Shown here: positions 39,201 through 54,200 of the stretch, piece after piece
Layout: each line of letters begins with the position of its first letter
How positions within the stretch are numbered: the stretch's first letter is position 1
Origin: Mytilus edulis
Lineage: Eukaryota
DNA: 64,000 nt
NCBI RefSeq assembly: GCF_963676685.1
Contig: NC_092345.1
Span: forward strand, 47,616,001-47,680,000
Reading direction: 5' to 3'
Position numbers and translations under genes: made by a program
The notes under the pieces: generated by a model
Databases searched by the model: none
What the model was told of the DNA's origin: nothing
Seen by the model: the letters and a program-made list of their open reading frames with translations, nothing else

Positions 39201-42200
39201 TATCCTCTACATGATCAACGCACATTATTTTGTGTATTGTTGACATTTATTTTTCTTTTATTTACTAGCTTTTGTATACATTTTCAAGCTTGAAGTTGCA
39301 TATTTCTCATCCACAACATAACTATATATTATGTTGTATGTTTTAAACTGATCATATTTAATTTACAAAATTAATAATTCAAAGGCAATCTTTACATACC
39401 TTAATAACGGTTAAACTAAACCCTCTTTAATTTTTTACACATTGAACGTAAGGATTATAAGTATTACAGAGCTCACCACGCTAATGATAAGTGATACTAA
39501 ATCATTAAAATTTCGTTCAATATAAAACTTCTATGTAACAATGTTTGGAAATTTATTTCTAGTTCAGTCGTTATATTAAGTAAGGGATAGAAATTTCAAA
39601 AGTCGTTGAACTTTCTAAAGTCTTACCTTTTACAGTGGTATATTCCGCTGTAACAGGAGGTGTTGTATGTTTGTCATTTGTATGTACATAATGTACAGAT
39701 AAACCAGTCGTATCTTCTGTAGATATGATTGGCGTTACATTAGATTCTGGTGAATTCATTTCATGAGAACTGGTACTTGTTTCACTTTCCACTGTCTCTC
39801 TAGCAGCTGATGACTCGGCAGCAATATTAGTATATTCAGTTATATATGAAGTCAATGGTGATACTGAACTTGGTGTAGTGTCTGTAGATGATACTGAAGA
39901 AGTTCCATAGTCAGTTACAGTTATAGTGATATTTGTCATAGATGACTTTGATGGGATGCCATGATCTACTATTATAACCTTAAATTCATACACAGTCGTT
40001 GAATTCAAAAGAACTTTCGTTTTTATACTTCCAATGGTCTCATCTATTGCAAAAACTGGTTCAATATCTTCATCAACTATCTGAAATGACATTTGGTCGT
40101 GATCAATGTCATGTCCTGATAGTGTTATAATAATTGATCCAATCGATACATCGAATGGCACGGTCTGTGAGTAACCAGTCATGTTGAATATGGGGGCATA
40201 CATATTCCGTGGTCCAAAAGTGATATCATACGTAACTTCCACACCCTCCTCAGTTGTTTCATTTGAGGGAATTAAATCAAATATATGGAGAAAAAACTTA
40301 TCAAGAATATGTGTTGTCTGCCATACATTCTTTTCAATCATTAGTTTCCTATTTAAACTTGATTTACATTGTAGTAAATTTTGATTATCAACAGGGTTTG
40401 AACTTGTGATGTTATTTTCCATTCTAGTGTACGTCCAGGTTGATGCGTTTGCTGTTACCTTGATATGTACCACTGTATAGATTTTGTTTTGTGATCGCAC
40501 GTACGAGCTAGTGTATAGTTGAGTTATATTTCCTATATAAACATCATATACATCTGATCCATTCTGACTGTTATAAAGTTTATCTGGCATGGCATTACTA
40601 TCCACAATGTCATTCACCAAAAAATCGTCAAAGTCATTAATTTCATTTTCTGTATTTATTCTTACTAAGTGAACAAGTTCATGATATCCAAGTTCATCAA
40701 ATAATGAAAGTTGGGGATCTCCAAGGGGGTTGATGTTTTCAAAGGTAGCAGTATAGTTGTAAAATGTTCCTTTAAGAGTTGACGTCAAGAGCCAAGTGGC
40801 AGTTTTTGTTTCAAAGGAATGAATGTCCCCGAAATCAACTACAAGTGACGGAGTAATTTGATCGTTTCCAAGTTTTGCACCTAAAATCGTAAATGTTATT
40901 ATTAAACCTTTTTCATTTTCAATGATTTCTGGCTGAGCAGATGAAATGCGGAGAGCCTGGGCTGTGCCAAACCCATCATTCATTACAGACACTGCTAAAC
41001 TAAATGGAATAATTGGCTCAATAGCTGCTGTTAATGGATCATCTCCTCTTACATACTTTTCGTGGAAATAATGCACCACCAGACTAGGATTAGGTTTCAC
41101 AGTTATGATGTCTGGAAGCAAAGGAACAGAAAAGTTTGAACCACCAACACTGTAGGATAACTGACCTCCAACATTATACAATGTATCCTCTTGTGGAGCT
41201 GCTGTAGAATAAGGTATCATTAACCATTCAGCTGACCCTGAAAAATCTTTTCCAAGGGTTCCCTCTCCGTCTACACCAGATATTCCTATTAATGACGGTT
41301 TACCTGAAAATACATTCGTCTGCTATATTGAAAAATGATATAAAAAAAAAAACCCAAAAAATCTCTTATAAGCCTATGTCGCTCACCTAGGTAGAAGTTT
41401 AATTTTGAAAATAACCATCCTTTAACATTAAAGAAAAAAATACAATTAATGACTTAAACCTGGTTAAAGTTTAATTTTTATAGTTTTCAAAATAATAAAC
41501 AGACACGCAAACAAACAAAATAAAAAATCTCCACTCTTGACTTTTAAGTTGTCACATGGTGGCAATCATACCTCAACTTCGTATTCTTATATTGGTCTCA
41601 TATAGACAGGAAGCAGATAACAATATTGTGAACATTTCAGGAACTGTCATATTTTCTCTATATATATATATCAGTTATTAGACAGACAATATTTTATTCC
41701 TATTTTCCAATGTGAGTCACATTCGCTATGGCGGTAGGAAAGGTTTCATGGCTCATTTCTATACTGAAGAAATGTACCCTTAAGATGATAGTACCTAAGT
41801 TTACATCAACTTGGCCCTTTAAGTTTCAGAGGAGATTTTTGGAAGCAATAAATAGATGACTATACCAGACATCGATAGACTCAAAGTGACGAGAATAGTG
41901 TACTTGACCCTAAATGTCTTGCAAGCTAAAAAGAATAAAAGATTCATTTGCAGCACGCCTGTTGCCGTTTTAGTTCGTAATGTCATACCAGAAGCTATAA
42001 AACAACAAAGGCGAGTATTGCAATAGTCATAAATAAGTCACACAAACTTCCAAAAATTGGTTAAAGCGTATTTCAGTTATTGTCAAGAGTGAGACGATGG
42101 ACGAACGGTCAGACGGTCTGACAACAGTATTGTTTGTATTGGATACCTAAGCTTCATAGAATTCCGTACAAACAACGGTACATTGTCGGCTCATCTGCAT

Positions 42201-45200
42201 GATCCACCTAAGAATTGTCCATTAGATTGACTAAAATTCTGTCCGCAGTGAAAGAAGGCCTTCAGAAATACTGTGAAACTGTTTACTTGCGTAGTTGCAT
42301 TAACCATATGTGGATTCTAAACAATTCTAAAGAACTTCGAGATAATGTTAAATCTTGGTCTTTTTCTGAAATCAATTATTAGTTCTATTTAAACCTTTGA
42401 TTTTCCAATCCTGTATACCACCATTCCCCATGAGAAATTGAAAAATCGCCTGAAAGAAATAATCCACAATGCCTTTCAACATAAAAATGGTAACATACGC
42501 TATAAATTTACTACTTTGAATGTCGTAAGGCATATTTTGTTAAAAGTGAACAAAAGGGTAAAACATGCTACACAGTATTACGTAATATGTTATTAGTGTG
42601 CTGAAGTTTCTAATCGACAACATATTTGTTGAATTTGGAGGTATACTTTTTCAAAAAATTGTCGGCATTCTTATGGGAACGAACTGTGCGTCTCTCCTTG
42701 TCAACCTCTTCTTAATTCATATGAATCGGAGTTCCTTCAGACACTTGTCAAAAACAAGAAGATCAAAGAAGCCAAATTATTCAATTTCACTTTCAGATAT
42801 ATTGATGATGTGTTTTCCATTAACAATCCGAACTTTTCTGACAATGTTCCATTAATATATCACCAAGAAGTAGAAATTAATGAAACAACAGACACGGCTT
42901 CATCCGCCTTATTTTAAAACTTATATCCAGAATTTGACATAGACAGTCATCTCAGTACCAGAATCAACTAGATATCATTGAGATGGGAGCCATCTCTGTG
43001 GGCCCCGCTGTGAATAATGTGCATTAAAAAATTGTATCTTTACCATAGGACATGGGTTTGTCAACTGAAATCAAAGTTTTTGACCTTGACCTTTGACCTA
43101 GGAAGTTGTCAATAAATTATGACACACCCTTTGGTGTTGGTTTATAAACATGTCAAGTATAAACTTTGAAATGATAACGGTTCTCAAGATATAGAGCGGA
43201 CACGATCTTTACCATAGGACATGGGGTTGTCAAATGAAACCAAAGTTTTTGACCTTGACCTTTGATCTAGGAAGTTGCACATAAATTATGACACACCCTT
43301 TGGTGTTGGTTTATAAACATGTCAAGTATAAACTTTGAAATGATAACGGTTTTCAAGATATAGAGCGGACACGATCTTTACCATAGGAGATGGGGTTGTC
43401 AACTGAAACCAAAGTTTTTGACCCTTGAACTTTGCCCTAGGCAGTCGTTCATAAATTATGACACACCCACTGGTGTTGGTTCATATACATGTCAAGTATA
43501 AACTTTGAAATCATAACGGTTCTCAAGATATAGAGCGGACACGATCTTCACCACAGGACACAGGGTTGTCAACTGAAACCAAAGTTTTTTTACCTTGACC
43601 TTTGACCTAGGAAGTTGTACATACATCATGACATGCCCTCTGGTGGTGGTTAATACACATGTAAAGTATAAAGTATGAAATCATAATGGTTCTCTAGATA
43701 TGGAGCGGACACAAAGTTAAAGTGTTATGGACGGACGGACGGATGGATGAATGGACGGACGGACGGATGGATGAATGGACGGACGGACGCACGGACAGAC
43801 TGATCACTATAGGGTGACCCGCCTAAAGGCGGGGCCCTCGTGACAAACGAGACGATTTTATCTTCAAATTATAAATTTGTCCCACCTTAGTAACAATATA
43901 CCAACTTCATCTGCATATGGGATATATATTTCCCAGCTTATTCGATATTCAAGAGCTTGCAGCTACTAATCAGACGTTGTAAAACGTCACCAGAGTCTGA
44001 GCAGAAAGTTGATGAATCGTCTCATCCCTTTTAAAAAAAAAGTTCATCGGTAGGTACCAAGACTTTGTTGATAAATATTCCGTATCAACTTCACAAATAA
44101 TGCATGATGGTCTTGATGCATAGATTCTGCGTACTGACGCAGTTTATCATCTTCACTACGTGTTAAATTGTTCTTTTATTTGCCTTTGTTCATTTATTAA
44201 TATTACTTTTACTGTTTGATCTGTTTATGTTATATCCATTTGACGTGGCTCTGTACTATTGCATCGGTCAATGTGTTTGTATTATCTTTCATTTTTGTTG
44301 TTGTGTTTTGTATATGCGACCTTTTGTGTTTCTTTGGTTTTTACAACGTGACTCTGTACTTTTAAAGATCTCGTCATTATGTTATTGTTCTATTATATGT
44401 CATTATGTTATTGTTTTATTATAAATATCATAATACTTTGAACGACAATCGATAAAATTATTTTATTCGCGTAGTGGTATTACCCATATATGGATTCTTG
44501 AAAATTCTAAAGATCTTCTTGATAATTTTTAATCTCGGTCTGTTTCTGAAAATATTTCTAACTTAACTTTTGATTTTTTAACCCTGCATACCACCATCCC
44601 CAATGTGAAATTATAAATGTTTTGAATATACATTAAACGACAAAATTTCTTCATATGTGACGTTTACATTTTCTGACGCCAAACACGCGAAACAAAGAAT
44701 GTGTTTTTTAATTTGATAGATGCTTTTTTTGCTTTTTTGTAAATATTTGTTTGTTTTGCGATTGTTACACAGAGGTAACTGCGGTATGTCTGCTTTGTTC
44801 ACACATCGTTGAAAATATTACGGAAACATCAGAAATACCGAGCTCAATTTCTCTATTTAAAATCATTGAGTTATAATTCTTCCAACAATAGCTTATGATT
44901 TAATATGAAGTGTTTATCTGTTTTAACCACTGTTAATAACAAAGTCCATGTTTAACAATCAGAAACTCGATTTTTACATTAAAGAATTTAACAATAGTTG
45001 ATAAGAGTGGACGTGCGCATTACAATAAGGTATTCTAAAATGTTAACATGAAAGTATCATATACGTTCGAAATAAATTTTAACTCATGTGACCTTAATAC
45101 GATAGAAATGCAAGACTCACAATCTTTTTATTCATTAATTCATTAAATGTAGTTGGCTGTAGTCAACGTACATTGTCAATCTGATTGAAAATGCAGGGAA

Positions 45201-48200
45201 AGTGAATGGTAACAAGAAGTAATTGAAACAGGATGCTGTTACGAAGTCTCCCAAACAAAGCTCCCATAACTTGCAATTCATATGGTCCCATGTTCATTTG
45301 ATTTGATGTTTTGTCCCATACAAGAATATATATTGCTTACTGGTGGGGATCTCCACCATTTACAAGTATTCAAACAGGAGGGGGTGGTGGTGACCCCCAG
45401 GGACTTTACCTACATTTCATTTGATTTGTTTTATTGTCCCATACAAGAATATATATGGTTTAGGGGTGGGGATGTTGACCATTAACAAGTTTTCAAACAA
45501 GAGTGGGGTGGGGTGACTCCCTAGGGACTTCCCTTTTATTTCATTTTATTTGTTTTATTGTCCCCTACAAGAATATATATGGTTTAAGGGTGGGGATGTT
45601 GACCGTTTACAAGTTTTCAAACAAGAGGGGGTGGGATGACCCCCTCAGGACTTCCCTTTTATCTCATTTTATTTGTTTTATTGTCCCCTACAATAATATA
45701 TATATGGTTTAGGGGTGGGGATCTGGACCATTTACAAGATAATAGTACATTCTCAAATTAAACGGGGTGGGGGTGACCCCCAGGAACTTCCATTTAATTT
45801 CATTTGATTAGTTTTATTGTCCCTTACAAGAATATATATAGTTAAGGGTGGGGATGTTGACCGTTTACAAGTTTTCAAACAAGAGGGGGTGGGGTGACCC
45901 CCTAGGGACTTTAATTTTATTTCTTTTCATTTGTTTTATTGTCCCCTACAAGAATATATATGGTTTAGGGGTGGGGATCTGGACCGTTTACAGGATAATA
46001 GCACATTCTAAAATTGAAAGGGGTGGGGATGACCCCCGGGGACTTCCATTGAATTTCATTTGATTTGTTTTATCGTCCCATTCAAGAATATATATGGTTA
46101 AGGGGTGGGGATCTGGACCGTTTACAAGATAATAGTACATTCTCAAATTGAACGGGGTGGGGTTGACCCCCAGGAACTTTTATTTAATTTCATTTGATTA
46201 GTTTTATTGTCCCAAACAAGAATATATATGGTTAAGGGGTGGGGATCTGGACCGTTTACAAGTTAAAAGCATATTCTCGAATTGAAGGGGGTAAGGATGA
46301 CCCCCAGGGACTCCCCCTATATTTCATGTGATTTATTTTATTGTCCTTTAATCATTTCTGAAGACTGCATGTATCTATCACTTACAGTTTTCAAGTTATA
46401 TTTATTTGAAAATTTTAGAAAATAAAATCCCATAGGGTTCTTTAGTAAACCCCTCCCTTCTCTTTGCCCCCCAGAATACCCCTTAATAGACCCCAATGCA
46501 CAAATGAACGATTGATGGCTCACCTAGACATTTTATGAAACCCTAAGTAAATCTGACAAGTAGTTTTGGAGAAATGCTGCGGACAATTTCATTTTTAAAG
46601 TGGCGGAAGAAGAAGAGGAAGAAGAGGAAGAATAACTAGATTTGTAATTGCTAGCAATAACAGATGGCACCCTTCCCCCATTGCCAGGGTAACAGCAGCC
46701 ATTTTTAAAATTTCTTAGTCAAAGAGTGCATCTACAGTTGCAAATTAACATTTTTTTAAAGTTTCATAAATTTTGGAGCTTTTTGAAATTTCTGACATTT
46801 TTGCAGTTTCCATGGTAACGGCGGCCATTTTGAAAATTCCGAAGTCAAACTGTAAATCAGCACATGCCAGTTACCATTCCTGTGAAGTTTTTTCCACTTT
46901 GGAACACTTCGATGTTTTTCGCATTTTTGCTGTTTCCATGGTAACGGTGGCCATCTTGACCATTCCAAAGTCAGAGGGACAACTTTGGTGGTCAACATTA
47001 TACCATAGTTCCATCAACTTTGGTCCATTCTATTCTGAGAACTGCTCCGGACAAAAATAGTGGAAGAAAAATAATAAAAAAAAGAAAAAAAAGAAACGTA
47101 GAATAACAATATGTCATCCCAACTCCGTTGAGGGTGCCATAATAAAAATAATAAGAACTGAGCAAAAACAATAAGTCTCCAAACTTTGTTTGGGAGACTT
47201 AACAAGTACAAGCTTATTACACAGACCCAGTAGACAGCGGAATATGATCAACTAATTAACTGGAGGATGGTGATTGGAGTCATTATAAAAACTTATTGTA
47301 ATGCAGATGAGAACTCTTCTAAGACGATATCGATGACATTTCACATAAAAATATCATGTTCGAGGGAAAGCAGAAATTTTCCTGATTCAACATTAGTCCA
47401 TACCTCAAAACGTATACAAAATGTGTACATATACACAGAAATGGTTAAGTTGAACTAAGTTTTAACCATGATTTTACTATAACAATTCTCCAAATACGCC
47501 AGATATAATCATCCAAATATGAGGGGCAAGAGAATAACAACAGATTTTCGCACATGTATTAAAGCATAACTAAGTTAAAATAATCTGCTGCCATGATGTT
47601 CACCTATAGTTGTTCCTTCCTTCTACGAGACATACCAGAAAATTACTATCGGTATGTTGTCGAGTCATTGGAAGGAACCATTAACTCATATTAAAGTGAG
47701 GCTGTTGTGTCTGTTTTCTCTTCACAAATCAACTCTTTATTTACTTATTTTAACAACTAATTTTGTCCTTTAATAACGCCTAATGTAGAATAATCGTTGA
47801 AACAAAGTATATGATTAAAAGTGAATTAAATGTATTGCTTGTTTAATGTTCAGGTACAATAATGTCATGTACATTAAGGGGAAGAAACTAAAACTAATCC
47901 ATTCAATATATATGTTCTGTCATGTGGGTCCTGGAACTGTCACTGGGCAACAATGGAATTTTGGAATCCCTAATCCTGCAGGTATCGATTCAAGAAAGTA
48001 TGTTTGTCTTACATGATATGTTGAGCTTTAGTCGTTCGTAAATAAAAACTTGTATGAAAACAATTAAGGATGTTTGCTCCTCCATTTTTTGATTTTTTGC
48101 CAGATTTGCGGATCTTCCGGTTTTATCCATGTATTGTCTTTACAAAAATTTGCCCACTAGCCCCTACTTTTCTTTTAATAATTTTATTACATAAAGCTTG

Positions 48201-51200
48201 AAAATCCATATTTCAAAATTTTATAAAATTCTTGTTAATTTTTCATAATTTTTGAAACAGATAAGGTGCCAATGTTAAATATATGAAAAATCTTAAGAGA
48301 TTTATTTCCCGCCAAATTTTCAATGGCTTATATTTCGAAAACGAGCACACGGACCCTCCATTTTTTTCATATTTTAAAGTTTCTTTATTTATATACTATC
48401 AATCCATAACAGTCTTTTAAAAAGCTTGTTACTTTTTAACAGAGTAGCGAACATCCTTAACAGCTAACTCGTGCTAGTCTAATTTTTTACCTATTGAAAA
48501 CGTATCCTTTGCGGACTCTCCATTTCCAAAAGTTTTTGTAATTCTTATCTCCACTTTGATATTCTTCAATGCAGAAGTTTCTCCATTTTCCATTTCAAGT
48601 CTAGCATTAAAGGCATCTCGTGTTAGAACTAAGTCCTGAACAATTCTAACTCTGACTTTTGCACAAACGGAATCACTAGTACTACTACCACTCTGTAAAC
48701 ACATTAAAAAATAGGGATATTACAAAAGAGACTTATGTAAATGTGTGACTATAGCTGACACTTCTGGATATACGTTTTCTTAAAGCTTTATGCTTATTGC
48801 ATGTTAATTCATTTCACACTAAAGAGAAACTATCCTGTAAAGTTAATTTGAACGATTTAATAAAAAATCAGTAATAATGTGTTTTTGTACATAGACAATA
48901 ATAGTGCATTGACTTGACATATCAACGATATAAGGATGAGGCTTAGAAACGGGAAAATGCGAGGCTGTGCCGAGCATTTTCCCCGTTTCGGGCCGAATCC
49001 TTATATCGTTGATATGTCAAGTCAATGCACTATTATTGTCTTTATACTGCAATCTAAAAAAAAACATTTTCAATTGTTGTTTATTGTGTTAATGTTATTT
49101 TTTTTATTTAAATATTGGGAAAAATCCCCCTTTAAAAAGGCCTCATATCACACAGACGGAGAAATATAAAACCCGATGAAATGTACATCATTACCGCAAT
49201 CAATGGTGAACGAATTCGTTGCAGACTAAAATATCAACAATAAACATAAATCATAATGATTTATAGGTTGCAAACAAAAAAATATTAAAAAGTGAAATAT
49301 GTTTTCCCGAAAATTGCAAAAAAAAAACAAGTTTGAGTCGTTAAACGCATCGTTGTTTACATTGAAAACAAGAACAGGTTGAAGAGGTCGTATGAATAAT
49401 TAAACATAATTTCACCAATTTCTATTTAAATATTCATGAGGAAAAGTGATATCAGTTCAGTGACTGTATATTGCATAGAAATATACGGTCAACGCATTTT
49501 GACTGCTCAAATAGAACGAGTGCAGTATAAATTGAAATAAATATATTCAGTGTTGCAGAAAGTTGAAAAACGTACTTCATTTTTAATCAAGAAAATATTA
49601 ATTCTGAAACGTGTATGTTGATAGCTTTGTTTTTATGATTTTGTTCAGTTTTCTAAAAATATAATCATTGATATCACATATAACAGGTCTGAGGTTGAAC
49701 ATGATACAATGTCACTCTATGTCTCATTGTCCCTTCTGTATTGCAAAAAATGCTCACAATCAAACTGGAATGGAGTTCCTGCTGTTGAAGTATATTGCAG
49801 CACTTTTTAGCTAATTTGCCAATTTCCAACACAATGATATGCACATCTACATATTATGCACTATATATGCTAGTTTTCGGCGGCCTCCTTCTTAACGTTT
49901 GAGGTTTTGAATTTATAAAACTATTTCTCATTTATAGCTTACCTGACCTGAAACTACTGGACCAAATTTAACCAAACTTGGCCACAATTATCACTAGGGT
50001 ACATGTATCTAGTTGGAAGGATGTGTCCAATGACCCCTCCTGCCAACAAACATGACCGACATGGCTAAAAATAGCACAGAGGGGTGAAATATGGTTTGGC
50101 CTATACATGTATGTCTGAAACTAAAGCATTTAGAGCAAATCGGACATGGGATAAAAGATTTGATCAGGTTAACATCTATCTGCCCGTCAATTTTCAGACG
50201 AATCCTAAAAAACGTTGTTTTGTTGCTGCCCCTGATGTGGTAATTTTAAGGAAATTTTGAAGTCTTTGGTTATTATCTTAAATATTATTATAGATAGAGA
50301 TAAACTGTAAGCAGCAATAATGTTCAGCAAAGTAAGATCTTCAAATAAGTCAACATCACTTAAATTGTCAGTCAACCCGTTAAGGAGTAATTGCCCTTCA
50401 TAGTTAATCAGGTGAGCGACACAGGATTTTGAGAGCCTCTAGTTCTATTTTTCAACTATATTCATTCAAAATTACAAAATGCTTATACCAGAGTTTCTTG
50501 TTCGGCTGTTTTGTAGGTTTCTGTTGCATGGTCATACTCATCAAATATTGAATTAAATCCCTTTGTCTTAGCGTTGTTATGGTCATCAATATATTGTTGA
50601 ACTCCTGGATCCAGTGTTTGAAAATTTATTACATCAGCAGTATCAGCCAATGTGTTTAATGTCCCATCGTTCCATGCTGTTGCTGAAATGCATAACACAA
50701 TGTACCAATAACATCTGCATTCTCTGGTTTTTAAAAATAATATTGTTTGCTGACTTGTAATCTTGGAAAATGTTACAACATGTCAGTCAATTCAATGTCA
50801 TAACTTAAATATATGACTGTATGCTAGTCTTTCGAATTATTTATTTTATTATGGTTGATTTGGTACTTTGTTTGGTTATATGAATTCCAGTGAAAGTCAT
50901 GCATCCTCACCAGGAACGATGGATTATGCAATCGTCCTGCAGATACATGTACATGATGTATTGACCTGTTACTAGTATTAATCAATAGTTGAAGAAGTAG
51001 ATAGAGTATGAACGAAAAAATAACTGGTATATTCTGTTTGTTATGTATTCAATGAGATAGTCCAACTATCTAATAATTCTAAAAAGAGCTAGGCTCTTAA
51101 AAGTTTTACAATCCTATAAGAGTTGACTGTGAGCCAAAATAAGACCTACTGCAGAAAATCCGTCAGAGAACAATTGGATCTCCATGTTATCAGTATGCTA

Positions 51201-54200
51201 CAGCAGTTGTTTGACATTTTGTTTTAGTATATATTGTATACTTTTGTCACCAATAAAACTGACCACAATAAAAATAATGATTAAATGTTGGCTCAATCAA
51301 TCAATTACTATAATACGATGATTTTACATTTAATTACTGTTATAAAGATATGATAAAATTACAAGCAGCAAATCTTTAACGTAAGCAAGGTAACAAAATG
51401 CACTCGCAAAACAAAATCTAACACTTAGTTCAAACTTCCTTAATAATGTTTTTTCATGAGAAATTAAAAGTTAGCTTTGAATAAACACAGCAGCAGAAGA
51501 AAATAAACTTATTGTAATGGAACCATTCATATTGCAAAACATCAAATACCCAAATAGGCAGGTTGAAAAATGGAGAAAAGCGACAGTTCCTAAAATTCCT
51601 TCTTATATTGTGAGCAAGGCATAATAAAAGAGAAATAAGGTACCTGTGTTGTTCCATCTTTCTAAGAATTTATGCAATGTAACCTTCTGTGTTTCGTCGT
51701 TAATAGCACTAAGTACTTTGCTCAACTCTTCTGGTGACAGCTGAATTCCTAATGGACTTTCATCAGATATAACTGGTTTAAATGCTCGATACCATGACGT
51801 ATCTACATCATACCTATTAATTAAACAAATGATGTTCAATCTGGACAAATAAACGTTTTGAAAAATCAAATTAAAGTCAAAACAGACTGCATTTGCTTAT
51901 TTCAGAGAGCTGTTTTAGCCTCATCAGAAATGTTAAAGCGACAGATAAGTAGACCAAATATGGAAGCTTTTTAATTCCAAAAGGTTTTAAAACATAAACA
52001 GAATATACCAAAGATATAATTTCGATTATGGGAGACAGACTTGGAAACTTTGAAACTTAACAAGTGTATGTAGTGGAGCAAAATCTTTTAAGCAATCTTT
52101 TCATTTTATAACTTATGATTACACCTTTGGTATTTATTATTCGATAGTTTGGCAGTATTTTGCAGAAAATAATATTCTTCATATATAAAGCATAAAAAGG
52201 ACAGGTTTATCAAAATAGAAATTAAAATATTGAAAATCAAATAAGGTTGTAAACTTTAAAAAGATTACAGAATCACTATCCATCACATCTACAGAACATA
52301 TCTACTGATCATTTCGAAATAAAAGATTGGAAAATTCTGCAGGCAAGAACAACCAGTTTTCGGTTACACTCTGTAAGATATGCCCTGCATGTACTGTTTA
52401 GTGACGTTAATAAACAAACCGTTTTGAACCAGATCAAAAGTTTTAACAATGTCTAGAATGGTAGCCCTTGTATATGTGGCTATTGCAAATTAAGACCAAT
52501 CTTAGATGACACGTCCTGAAGACGTTTTAATGGAGACTCAATAAAAAAAACAATCATGTTTAATCTTCGGAGTTTTATTTAAATAGATGCAGTAATGAAC
52601 AGAAACTATTTGTGAACACACAAACTATAAACATATGGGTCCCTCCATCAGCAAAGAGGTTAGTAGAACCTAATATTAAAATGTGATTTATGTGTTTCGG
52701 TTAAAACCTCTACAAAGCTTATCTTATATTAGTCCCCCCCCCCAAAAAAAAAGCATTTCAAGACGTCATAATTGTTTGAACTAATGTTATTTTAAGTCAT
52801 GTCTACTGACTGTAAGTAAAACATCTAAAACTATGTATCTCTTTACTTTACAAGTTTTCATAAGATCTTTCTGGTATAAACACAAAAAATGAATAAGCTA
52901 TTAGTTTAATAAAATATAATTATTTTATTTACATGTTTTCATCATTAAAAATCTGCTGCATCAATGCAAAGAAATTATCAACAGGCTTGGCAGCATCTAA
53001 CAGATTGTTCACAACTTCACTGCTAACATCACGTCTTCGCCGTCCACCATTACCACAGTTGTAACTAACATCAACTAGACATCTGTCAAAATCATTTTGA
53101 TAAAAATGATGAAATTTGTTTATCATGTTTATATACCTTAGAATAAATTTTCATATTTCATGTTAAATGCACGATTTAATTAATTTAAACGACGGAGACA
53201 CTTTTATCTTTGTGTTCCATGCTTTACTGTAGATAAGAAAAGGTTACATCGAACAACCTCTGAATAAAATAACTAGTTAATAGAAATTTCAAATATTTGA
53301 ATTGTAAACAAGTCTAATACCCTGTTATGGAATTCAAAATAAAATCCATAAATAGGGGATGAGGCAGAATCTCCTACCGATTTTCCTCGCTCTCAGTGTA
53401 TACGTAGGGGTTCAATAGTGAATCGTGCGACTTAGAACCAAAGGAACATATGAATGGTCAGGAGGATGGACGCATACTTTTTTAATAGTGTTTATTTGAT
53501 ACAATATACTACCTAGTTACTGAGTACAGCACTGCGACAACCCCGCCAACACATCCAACAAATGTATCAATAAGTGCAAGACTAACATCCATTAATCTAT
53601 AGCTAATTCCTCCTCTATTTTCACCCTGTAAACAGATAAAAAGTATTCTTGGAAGATATTCAGACACAGATGAGTTAATAAAAATAAACTTACAATATTT
53701 CATATGTCAAACAAACTTATTTGGTGTTTTAAAATCAATTTATTAACCTTGCTAAGTATTTATCCCGGTTAATTAAGAAATCAATAATATGTAAACTTTC
53801 TTTTGAAATTAAATCAGATTGAAAGGTAATTTTGACAAGCTGGTGTATGATCAATTAACTTCCTGCATGCTTGAAATTCAAAATGCAAGCAAGTAAATGA
53901 TTACAAGAGAATAGTTCATATTTAAAATGATATGTTCTTAGATAAAACTTGAATGGTTCCACATGTAATGTCATTAGTGTTTGGCAGCCTTGTTTGGGAA
54001 GGTAAGCAGGCAGATATTTAGGGTCTTTCAAGTCTCCTTTGCAACACCAGGTATGCTTACATTTGCAAGATGTGCCACCAGCGCATGACACAACCTAATG
54101 GTGTGCATGTCGAAGTTGTTACAAACACACAATAGAATATTTAGATGGAATTTAATCAGACGCTAAAAAAATGGCTCTGAACAAAAATATGTCTGCGGAT

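Noticed and set aside
43036-46340. Regularly spaced repeats as a CRISPR-like array
   Set aside because: Whole units are repeated, with no unique spacers and no cas genes; eukaryotic satellite/HINE cores.
53855-54091. Cys-rich ORF ([18 protein letters not shown]) as an extra exon or defensin-like peptide
   Set aside because: No signal peptide or convincing splice sites; the flanking exons already join in phase.
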